From a virus, in the IMG/VR virus record IMGVR_UViG_3300045988_114118: DNA of 63,362 bases. One strand, written 5' to 3'. Within the stretch, counting starts at the first letter, position 1; each line of letters opens with the position of its first letter. This document shows positions 1-6,659 of the stretch, one piece after another. The notes below the pieces were generated by a model, which did no database searches, had not been told where the DNA came from, and saw only the letters and a list, made by a program, of their open reading frames with translations. Position numbers and translations under genes: made by a program.

Positions 1-50
1 CGCAAGCCTCGACCGTGGCAGAGCCGTAAGCCTTGACCGTGGCAGAGCCG
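1..50. repeat. terminal direct overlap (assembly-type circular closure)
   Basis: nt 1-50 are identical to nt 63313-63362. Confidence 0.95.
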
Positions 51-316
51 CAAGCAAATGATTTAGCATTAGAGGTGTGTTCTTTTCTTGTGTAAATGCC
101 GGCTTCGGCTAGTTCCTCTTCAGAAAAGTTATTTTCTAGGTAATTTGCGTCAATCATCTTGGATGCACTCAAGACCCAATACCAATTATCGGTTATCGCT
201 TTCAGCAAGTCTTGTTTGCTTTTTGCGTTTAACCCCATACTGTATCCATCTTGGCAAGCGTGATGTTTTTTAGCCCGTTCAAGCAGATCTTCTTTTAATT
301 CTTCGAATGTCTTCAT
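1..316 (-). CDS. octapeptide-repeat protein, N-terminal part (continues at 63089-63362 across the circular junction)
   Basis: ATG (rc) at 314-316; frame stays open to position 1; N-term MKTFEELKEDLLERAKKHHACQDGY...; 316+224 unique nt = 540 nt = 180 codons, in frame with the stop at 63089-63091. Confidence 0.7.
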   Translation of the reverse strand, partial: MKTFEELKEDLLERAKKHHACQDGYSMGLNAKSKQDLLKAITDNWYWVLSASKMIDANYLENNFSEEELAEAGIYTRKEHTSNAKSFACGSATVKAYGSATVEAC

Positions 317-477
317 TTTTTATCGTTTATTAGTTTAATGATATCTTTTCTTATCTCTATCAATTCTTCTTTGCTAAGTGTCTTTAATTCGTCTAGGATA
401 TCGTCCTTCTTGGATCGGTTAGGCCTTGAAGGGGCTTGCCCCACGTATAGTACTCTGAAATCATTTTTCTGACTCAT
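313..477 (-). CDS. hypothetical 54-aa protein
   Basis: hand-translated ORF MSQKNDFRVLYVGQAPSRPNRSKKDDILDELKTLSKEELIEIRKDIIKLINDKK; its TGA overlaps the next ATG (ATGA coupling); below the track's size cut-off. Confidence 0.4.
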   Translation of the reverse strand: MSQKNDFRVLYVGQAPSRPNRSKKDDILDELKTLSKEELIEIRKDIIKLINDKK

Positions 478-691
478 AAGTCATTATAACTATTTGGCGT
501 ACCACAATAAAGATTGATATGATCGCTAGGATCAAGAGGTGAATATTGAGAGGTTTTTCGTACCACTCAAATATTGACACTATTGATATCAACCCTAATA
601 TGGTAGCTGCGATCATCCTTAGCGAGAAGATGATAATGCTCTTTATGGCCCGGAATATCTTCCAGAACCATGCTTGGTTTCTCTTTATCAT
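461..691 (-). CDS. small membrane protein (2 predicted TM helices)
   Basis: track ORF of 76 aa with two long hydrophobic stretches; same strand as the surrounding operon. Confidence 0.55.
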   Translation of the reverse strand: MIKRNQAWFWKIFRAIKSIIIFSLRMIAATILGLISIVSIFEWYEKPLNIHLLILAIISIFIVVRQIVIMTYESEK

Positions 692-723
692 ATGTTGTTG
701 ATTTAAATTTCTTGATGTGAAAA

Positions 724-750
724 GGTCTCATATCCTCACGGACGGAGACT
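724..750 (-). repeat. conserved hairpin H1 capped by UCC-GUGA-GGA (GNRA tetraloop on the minus strand)
   Basis: stem gtctc/gagac around catatcctcacggacggag; this 19-mer (729-747) is identical to 60010-60028. Confidence 0.6.
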
Positions 751-810
751 TTCGTTGCAAATTGTGACTGATTTTTTGTTGATTGAATAAGCACCCCTAG
801 GGGTGAAACG

Positions 811-871
811 TGCTCCCTGCCGGGCTTGAACCGGCGACCCTAAAGGCTCTGACCAACTGAACTAAGGGAGC
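811..871 (-). ncRNA. tRNA-like minigene lacking the anticodon arm (61 nt)
   Basis: minus strand reads GCUCCCU-UA-GUUC/AGUUGGUCA/GAGC-CUUUAGGGUC-GCCGG/UUCAAGC/CCGGC-AGGGAGC-A. It has a perfect 7-bp acceptor, a canonical D arm and a canonical T arm, but only 10 nt where 23 nt (anticodon arm plus variable loop) are expected. Confidence 0.55.
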
Positions 872-1206
872 GTTTGCCGGGGAATCCCACCCCGGCACAG
901 TTTAAGTAATAACGAATATTCTTTCCTGCCTCACGGTGGTATTGTAAGGTCTTGGTAGCTTTATTACACATAAACAGCAAATAGTGTGAATTGTGATAGT
1001 GGTAGCCGGGGAACTCGCACCCCTTGTAACCCTAGATAATAATATAACTAGATAACCGGATTTCCACCGGACGTACTCCTTTTTAGTACGATATGAAGAC
1101 GGATTAAAATTGTTTCTGCGGTTCGCTACCTGCCCTAGCCATTTCCTAGGGTGGAATTCTTCTTTCTTTCATGTGATTAACTTGGTTATTAATAGGTCTA
1201 TCGGTT

Positions 1207-1560
1207 TTATTCGTTTTCTTCCTCTATTGTATCATCCAATAACTTGTCGATAGCCATGATAACCTTATCCGGCAACTCCTTGGCGGTATCATTAGACTTG
1301 AGATATTCTATGGTTCCGCCTATTCCGATAATCATCAGCATATCCCTTTTAGAGGGGATGAACACTAGCAAAAAAATAGGGATTGATATATAGGCGGCAC
1401 ATTTGATAGCCATGTCCTTAAGCTTGGAATCGTTTTCAAAGTCATCTTCAATAAACCATCCGAGAATATATATGGAAGTTAATATTCCCAAGATAAATAC
1501 TGCGATTATCGCCAACGTTTGTATGGCATCTAGCCTTGTGATCCAATAAATCTCATTCAT
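1207..1560 (-). CDS. membrane protein (3 predicted TM helices)
   Basis: track ORF of 117 aa, hydrophobic segments, acidic C-terminus. Confidence 0.6.
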   Translation of the reverse strand: MNEIYWITRLDAIQTLAIIAVFILGILTSIYILGWFIEDDFENDSKLKDMAIKCAAYISIPIFLLVFIPSKRDMLMIIGIGGTIEYLKSNDTAKELPDKVIMAIDKLLDDTIEEENE

Positions 1561-1582
1561 GTTGTTATTATTTTAAATGTTC

Positions 1583-1636
1583 GCTCCCCCACAACCTCCA
1601 ACGGTTTCGAACCCGAATCATAGACGGGTAGGGGAG
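1583..1636 (-). ncRNA. tRNA-like two-armed minihelix (54 nt)
   Basis: minus strand reads CUCCCCU-A-CCCG/UCUAUGAUU/CGGG-UUCGA-AACC/GUUGGA/GGUU-GU-GGGGGAG-C. It has a 7-bp acceptor-type helix and contains GGUUCGAAACC; it ends 26 nt before the ATG at 1560. Confidence 0.35.
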
Positions 1637-1902
1637 TGTATCTTATGCGTTAGATAGACAGTTTGACACCGATACGGAAATATCCGTACTTCACTGACAC
1701 GACGTAATATCTAACCTTTGTATATACATTATTAAATATGTAGACTCCAACGTCGGAACCGATTAAACTACATCGGGAGCGGGGATCATCATCCCTTCCG
1801 GTATCTTCGACTATCATAACCTTACCGCCATACCTATATCTCTTACGTATATCCTCTTATGGGGATAAGGATTTTTTCTCAATAAGTCAAAGAACTCTTT
1901 TT

Positions 1903-1989
1903 TGGTCACCGGGGTGGGATTCGAACCCACGGGGTATTTCTACTCCTCTTTAGGAGAGAGGGACGCTTCCAGTTACGTGCTACCCGGCG
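1903..1989 (-). tRNA. tRNA with anticodon CCU (Arg by anticodon), long variable arm, encoded CCA
   Basis: CGCCGGG-UA-GCAC/GUAACUGGAA/GCGU-C-CCUCU/CUCCUAA/AGAGG-AGUAGAAAUACCCC-GUGGG/UUCGAAU/CCCAC-CCCGGUG-A-CCA; 87 nt; one A.C mismatch in the D stem. Confidence 0.7.
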
Positions 1990-1997
1990 TTCTCCAC

Positions 1998-2201
1998 CTA
2001 TTTTAAGGTGGCGTACTTGATGCAATCCCAAGCGTTACAAAACCATTTTCCGTTCTGAGATTTTGTTGGTTTTTCGCATCTGATAAGTCCCTTCCCTACC
2101 AAATCGTAGAGCCTTCCACGTCCTCCTACTATGGAGGCTGCCGTCCTTTGCCCAAAGGTCTTATCGTTAAGGACTATTTTTAATGCTTCCTCGTTTATCA
2201 T
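1998..2201 (-). CDS. small protein, possible HTH DNA-binding (Cro/Xis-like position)
   Basis: track ORF of 67 aa; the segment QRTAASIVGGRGRLYDLVGKGLI looks like a helix-turn-helix; second gene of the operon divergent from the repressor. Confidence 0.5.
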   Translation of the reverse strand: MINEEALKIVLNDKTFGQRTAASIVGGRGRLYDLVGKGLIRCEKPTKSQNGKWFCNAWDCIKYATLK

Positions 2202-2206
2202 ATCGC

Positions 2207-2410
2207 TTATTTTAATCTGGTTACTTCTATACTGTCAATTCTCCCAGCTACTGATGTCTTAAATAAATACCCCTTCTTTTTTAATCTAGATATTGTATAG
2301 ATTATGCTTCGAGGGTTAATATCCTTGTTTAGGAACTCTATCGTTGTTCCTAAAGGAATGGATAACAGCGTGTCTGTTACTGAAATTCTAGTTTTAATTG
2401 TATTATTCAT
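2207..2410 (-). CDS. hypothetical protein, first gene of the early leftward operon
   Basis: track ORF of 67 aa, divergent from the CI-like repressor across the operator region. Confidence 0.5.
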   Translation of the reverse strand: MNNTIKTRISVTDTLLSIPLGTTIEFLNKDINPRSIIYTISRLKKKGYLFKTSVAGRIDSIEVTRLK

Positions 2411-2434
2411 ATTCTTTTACTAAATTTGCTCATT

Positions 2435-2548
2435 GCAACTTTTAAGTTGCGTTTGTTTGCTTGTATTGTTGTTTTACGATGCAAATATAATGCAATTGCA
2501 TTAATGGTAGAAATATTATGTGATAAATATTAATGCTTTTGCATTAAT
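2435..2548. promoter_or_regulatory. divergent promoter/operator region with three inverted repeats
   Basis: gcaactt-tt-aagttgc (2435-2450); perfect 16-bp palindrome taatgcaattgcatta (2488-2503); attaatgc-tttt-gcattaat (2529-2548); shared AATGCA/TGCATT half-sites. Confidence 0.6.
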
Positions 2549-2564
2549 TAACTATGGTCGATAT

Positions 2565-3353
2565 ATGGAGACAATCAATAACAGGATTAAACTAATTGTA
2601 GATGAGTTGTTTGATGGCAATGTTAGTGCATTTTGCCGTAGAGTAGGAGTAAAACAGCCTACTATTAATACAATATTAGGGACTCGTCAAAGTAAGCCTT
2701 CATATGATATTATTAATGCTATTGCATTATCTGGGCTGGGTGTGTCTTTGGCATGGTTAGTTACAGGATCTGGTGAAATGAAGGATGAGGGGAATGTTAA
2801 GGACGAGGTATTAGAAATACCTTTAGACCTTAATAAAGGAGATTTCTTAATTGAGAATAATAATGGCGTTAAATTTTATGACTTAGGAAATGGTCGATAT
2901 CGTATGACTGTCAGCAAGGTGCCGTTTTGCGCTTATGGCAGGTTTGCTAACGAAAGCGATCGTCTTGATCCGGATAAGGAGGATTGGGAGACTGAGTCTT
3001 TCGAATGGGATCGGATTGTCCATGGGAGATATTTAGCTTTTGAGGTTAAAGGGGACAGCATGGACAACGGGACGAGAGAGAGTTTTGAGGAAGGCGATGT
3101 CGTCCTTGTTAGGGAGCTGGATAGATCGCATTGGAGAGATGGGCTGCGATATAAGGATCATCCTTATTGGGTTGTCGTGTTTGGGACATCCGTCCTCATA
3201 AAGCAGATGACAGGCTGCGATATGGACGAGGGTAAGATAACGTTGCACTCACTAAACCCATCTCCAGAGTTTTCCGATTTCTCTTTACCGCTAGATAGCG
3301 TGAGGGCTTTATATTATGTATTACAGAAAAAGCCTAAAGTCGTGAGATTTTAA
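2565..3353 (+). CDS. CI/LexA-like repressor (N-terminal XRE-type HTH plus C-terminal S24 peptidase)
   Basis: NVSAFCRRVGVKQPTINTILG HTH; FEVKGDSMDNG...GDVVLV plus a downstream Lys (LIKQM), typical of S24 autopeptidases. ATG at 2565 is preferred over the GTG at 2520. Confidence 0.85.
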   Translation: METINNRIKLIVDELFDGNVSAFCRRVGVKQPTINTILGTRQSKPSYDIINAIALSGLGVSLAWLVTGSGEMKDEGNVKDEVLEIPLDLNKGDFLIENNNGVKFYDLGNGRYRMTVSKVPFCAYGRFANESDRLDPDKEDWETESFEWDRIVHGRYLAFEVKGDSMDNGTRESFEEGDVVLVRELDRSHWRDGLRYKDHPYWVVVFGTSVLIKQMTGCDMDEGKITLHSLNPSPEFSDFSLPLDSVRALYYVLQKKPKVVRF

Positions 3354-3466
3354 CGAGAAAGCCATACGCAAAAATGATATGATGTTCTTTAGCGTATCCT
3401 TGCCCTGTTAAAACGTGATAATAAATATTTGATGTATAAATCGATACGATACAAAATGGAGAAATA

Positions 3467-3508
3467 CTTCTAAGCTGTGGGTCATGGGTTCGAATCCCAT
3501 CCTGATCA
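3467..3508 (+). other. attP core: copy of the 3' half of a tRNA-Arg(UCU) gene
   Basis: CTTCTAA (anticodon loop, TCT)-GCTGT-GGGTC-ATGGG/TTCGAAT/CCCAT-CCTGATC-A. There is no complementary 5' half upstream; the site lies about 150 nt upstream of the integrase. Confidence 0.7.
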
Positions 3509-3513
3509 CGAAG

Positions 3514-3567
3514 AGCGGAAGTTTATAATTGTTTGATATTTAGCTATTAAACTTCCGCTTTTATTTT
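3514..3567 (+). terminator. hairpin plus T-run directly after the tRNA fragment
   Basis: agcggaagttta ... taaacttccgct (12-bp stem) followed by tttatttt. Confidence 0.6.
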
Positions 3568-3663
3568 AGATCTTTCCCCTTTTGTAGATTAAAAAAAAGG
3601 ATATAAAGTCCACTTTTGGACATAAAAGCTTATCCTTCGCGTATCCTAAAAAATTTAATCTAT

Positions 3664-4911
3664 ATGGCTACTTTAAAATTGACACTTTTCAAGGCCAAGG
3701 CTCTCAAGGATGGGAGGCACAAGGTCAGGGTGGCGGTCTGCCACAAGAGAGAGACTTGTTATATCGTGACGAACGTGATATTAGATAGCGAGTCCCAGTT
3801 TAAGAACGGTCAAGTCGTAAAGAGACCGGACGCTTCTTTTATAAACAAAAGATTGAGGAATATGCTTAATGAGTATCAAGACAAGCTTGACTCGATTAAG
3901 AACCAATCGTTATATACATGCGTGCAGATAAAGGGAATGTTGGTTAATTCAGCAGGGGATAACGATATCTCTACGTTCAAGGATGTAAGCTCATCCTATG
4001 AAAGGGAGTTGATCGATAATGGGAGTATCGGGTACTCAAAGCTGATCGAGCGGAATTGCAGGTATTTTACCGAGTTCGTGAAAGGGGATATATTCCTTTC
4101 CGATATCACTCCAGAACTGATAGAAGGTTATTCTAGGTTCTTGAGGAATAAAAAGGGAATTGGGGAGGCCACGAACTCCATGATGATGAGACATACCAAG
4201 ACTATAATCAATAAGGGTATAAAAAGAAGGCTTGTGAAATATGATGTCCATCCTTTCGTAAACTTCCAGATAGCGACTTCTCCCGTACGTGAGGTTGACA
4301 TATCTTTCGAGTCATTTAATCGTTTGCGAATGGCCGATCCTTCGGAGCGCCGATTAAAGGTGGCGCACGATCTGTTTTGCTTGTCGTTTTATCTTGGAGG
4401 TATCAATCTTATAGATCTACTTGGTATTGATTTCCGTGGAATCAATACGCTGGAATATGTAAGGACTAAATCTAGGAATATGACGAGGGGAGGCAATAAG
4501 ATCGTGTTCTCTATACCAGACCAAGCGAGAGATATTATAGATAGATGGATGGATAAGAGGACTGGCAAGTTGGATTTCGGATATAAGTTTTCCTATCCTA
4601 ATTTCTCTAGGTATCTTTCTCGTTCGCTATCCAAATTGGCGCAGTCGTTAGGGATAACGGAAAAAGTGGTGTATTATTCCGCTCGTAAATCTTTCGCTCA
4701 ATATGCTTCCGAGATAGGAATCCCGGATGGGGTCATAGATTATTGTTTAGGGCATTCAGATAAGTCGAAAGGCGTGATACGTTATTATACTAAGGTAAAA
4801 AAATTTCAAGCGGACATGGCGATATCAAGGGTAATTGATTACGTTAACAATCCGGATCGTTACCGGGATTATGTGGAGATGAGAAGGGATATAATGATGA
4901 TGCGTGGGTAA
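3664..4911 (+). CDS. int: tyrosine recombinase / phage integrase
   Basis: N-term MATLKLTLFKAKALKDGRHKVRVAV (arm-binding type); C-term ARKSF...CLGHS...VIRYY (R..H..Y catalytic pattern); adjacent to the tRNA-derived attP. Confidence 0.9.
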   Translation: MATLKLTLFKAKALKDGRHKVRVAVCHKRETCYIVTNVILDSESQFKNGQVVKRPDASFINKRLRNMLNEYQDKLDSIKNQSLYTCVQIKGMLVNSAGDNDISTFKDVSSSYERELIDNGSIGYSKLIERNCRYFTEFVKGDIFLSDITPELIEGYSRFLRNKKGIGEATNSMMMRHTKTIINKGIKRRLVKYDVHPFVNFQIATSPVREVDISFESFNRLRMADPSERRLKVAHDLFCLSFYLGGINLIDLLGIDFRGINTLEYVRTKSRNMTRGGNKIVFSIPDQARDIIDRWMDKRTGKLDFGYKFSYPNFSRYLSRSLSKLAQSLGITEKVVYYSARKSFAQYASEIGIPDGVIDYCLGHSDKSKGVIRYYTKVKKFQADMAISRVIDYVNNPDRYRDYVEMRRDIMMMRG

Positions 4912-5097
4912 TATGTTTTTTTATCATTAATGCTAAATAATATGTGAATATGATAAACTTTCATAAGCCGACAAAGGTTATAGGAATGGGCATTATAGCA
5001 ACAGTATTACTTATCGTGCGACAAGAGACTATAGCGTTAACCTTGAGTATAAATTGTGCATGTCTTAAAAAATTATCAATAATAAAACGTAAATGTT

Positions 5098-5319
5098 ATG
5101 GAAAAGAGCGATCGTCTTGTAGAATTGCTAGAGATTTTGAAAAGGGCTGAATGTATATTTGTTGAACAATGGAAAATCTTATATAAAGAGGATGAGATTG
5201 ACATGGAAGATATTTTCAGCATATTCTATAAAGGTAGTAATGATTGTGAAATTCAAGTTAAAAAATTGATAATTAAAAATATAGATAGTGTAGTATGTAA
5301 TAGGGTGGAGACTGCATGA
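5098..5319 (+). CDS. hypothetical protein in an AT-rich cargo segment
   Basis: track ORF of 73 aa, followed by a terminator hairpin. Confidence 0.4.
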   Translation: MEKSDRLVELLEILKRAECIFVEQWKILYKEDEIDMEDIFSIFYKGSNDCEIQVKKLIIKNIDSVVCNRVETA

Positions 5320-5356
5320 TAATTCGAGTTATAGAAAAGGAAAAATGGACCAATAA

Positions 5357-5390
5357 ATAACGCCCGTGTCAGAAAAAACACGGGCGTTAT
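5357..5390. terminator. bidirectional terminator hairpin between convergent genes
   Basis: ataacgcccgtgt ... acacgggcgttat (13-bp stem), A/T runs on both sides. Confidence 0.65.
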
Positions 5391-5419
5391 ACTTTTAGTA
5401 TGCGACAAATAGGACAATT

Positions 5420-5638
5420 TTAGAGACTGGTATCATGCCGGACAAAATCAAGCTCATAACCTAGAGCGTCTCCGATCTTTGATAACAGGTCGATGCCCGT
5501 GCTGTATTTCCCGGACTCAATCCGGGCGATATTCCCTTGGCTGATCCCTGTAAGATCAGCCAGCTTGTATTGAGATATACCGGCCTCCATGCGGAGCCGG
5601 GATATCCTTTTGCCGATTCTTTCTCTATCATTTCCCAT
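5420..5638 (-). CDS. XRE-family HTH protein
   Basis: IGKRISRLRMEAGISQYKLADLTGISQGNIARIESGK is a classic Cro/C1-type HTH. Confidence 0.8.
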   Translation of the reverse strand: MGNDRERIGKRISRLRMEAGISQYKLADLTGISQGNIARIESGKYSTGIDLLSKIGDALGYELDFVRHDTSL

Positions 5639-5651
5639 ACTGCGGATTTTT

Positions 5652-5837
5652 TCATTCTATATCTTCTATCGCATAATCTCCAGATGCAGCAGGAGCAAGC
5701 TCATTTACAATACTGTCAATTTTTTCCGCATCTTCATCAGATATTTCGATCTGCATATTTTCATTGCAGATCATTTCTATCCCGTTATTTTCCAGAATCT
5801 CTAATAACTCGCTATTTTTGCAATATAATGTCTTCAT
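5652..5837 (-). CDS. small acidic protein, co-oriented upstream partner of the XRE gene
   Basis: track ORF of 61 aa, 13-nt gap to the XRE gene. Confidence 0.45.
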   Translation of the reverse strand: MKTLYCKNSELLEILENNGIEMICNENMQIEISDEDAEKIDSIVNELAPAASGDYAIEDIE

Positions 5838-5947
5838 TTTTATTACGCCGCTTATCCGTTGCCGCCGGTTCTATTGTTATTTTGATATTGCAAATGTAAT
5901 ATCAAATTTGATATCATGCAAGGCTTTGGTAAATTATTTTATATGTT

Positions 5948-6178
5948 TTATGGCATATTTTCTTTCTCTTTCTCCTCCAGTACCTTTTTAAGCTGATATA
6001 GGCTCAAAATATCATACTCAAATGTCGGATTTTCCCAGTTTCTTCGGACGGAGTTTGTCTGTACAGCAATGAATTTATGGAGGTCAAATATGTATTGACA
6101 CGGGCTTAGTCTGATTTCGTTAAATGTGATCTCGTAGTTATCAAACCACTCTAAAAGTTGTTTAAGCTCTTCGTTCAT
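5948..6178 (-). CDS. hypothetical protein
   Basis: track ORF; internal ATG at 6178 (MNEELKQLLEWF...) preferred. Confidence 0.5.
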   Translation of the reverse strand: MNEELKQLLEWFDNYEITFNEIRLSPCQYIFDLHKFIAVQTNSVRRNWENPTFEYDILSLYQLKKVLEEKEKENMP

Positions 6179-6211
6179 GATATAAATGATTAACACCCGC
6201 AAATATAAACA

Positions 6212-6243
6212 AAGCCGTCCAATCGAAGAAGAAAGGACGGCTT
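6212..6243 (-). terminator. terminator hairpin after the gene at 6264-6560
   Basis: aagccgtcc/ggacggctt stem; T-rich tail on the minus strand. Confidence 0.55.
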
Positions 6244-6263
6244 AAAGTACGGATTAGCATTTA

Positions 6264-6560
6264 TTATTCCGTGTCATCTTCGGATAAGTCTCTTAACTTA
6301 TCTTCCACGGAGTCTCTTTTCTTGTCCACTACAGCGTCTATATCCACGGATTGCAAGGATGGGACGATGTATTTGACTAGCTGGGTGAAAGCCGCTACCT
6401 TATCTTTTGGCTCCAGCTCCTCGAAGGCTTTCTTGATCTCTTCTCTGTTGGATGTCAACAGCTCCGAGATGAAAGTCCTTATCTCTCCCGTCTTCTTGTT
6501 TGGAGTGCCTTTGGCCCTTCCTCCTAGCCTTCCTCTCCCGTCGTTCTTTGGTCGTGCCAT
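6264..6560 (-). CDS. hypothetical protein with a basic N-terminal arm (possible DNA binding)
   Basis: MARPKNDGRGRLGGRAKGTPNKKT... then an acidic helical tail; function not established. Confidence 0.55.
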   Translation of the reverse strand: MARPKNDGRGRLGGRAKGTPNKKTGEIRTFISELLTSNREEIKKAFEELEPKDKVAAFTQLVKYIVPSLQSVDIDAVVDKKRDSVEDKLRDLSEDDTE

Positions 6561-6659
6561 ACTGAACTAGTATTTAATAGTTTATCTGAAAGTCGATTTT
6601 TATTGTTATGGGGCAAAGCTACACGTCTAATTTTGAGGCATAACGATAAAAATCATTTT

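Noticed and set aside
88-273. 61-aa plus-strand ORF
   Set aside because: It is antisense to the better-supported minus-strand repeat-protein gene that closes in frame across the junction.
567-794. 75-aa minus-strand ORF overlapping the 461-691 gene
   Set aside because: It is an alternative frame of the same region and runs through the conserved hairpin at 724-750. The 461-691 frame gives a coherent two-TM protein.
1000-1130. 131-nt 'long tRNA-like' envelope (GGUAGCG...GGCUACC-A plus a T-loop-like hairpin)
   Set aside because: Only 6 of 7 acceptor pairs form, the T stem lacks the conserved G53-C61 geometry, and there is no D or anticodon arm. It is kept only as a note under the island finding, not as a feature.
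2520-2564. GTG start of the repressor ORF at 2520
   Set aside because: The extra 15 codons overlap the third operator palindrome. The HTH domain begins right after the ATG at 2565.
4944-5150. 68-aa plus-strand ORF after the integrase
   Set aside because: It overlaps the 5098-5319 ORF in another frame, has an alternative start and an AT-rich composition, and shows no supporting features. It is left uncalled.
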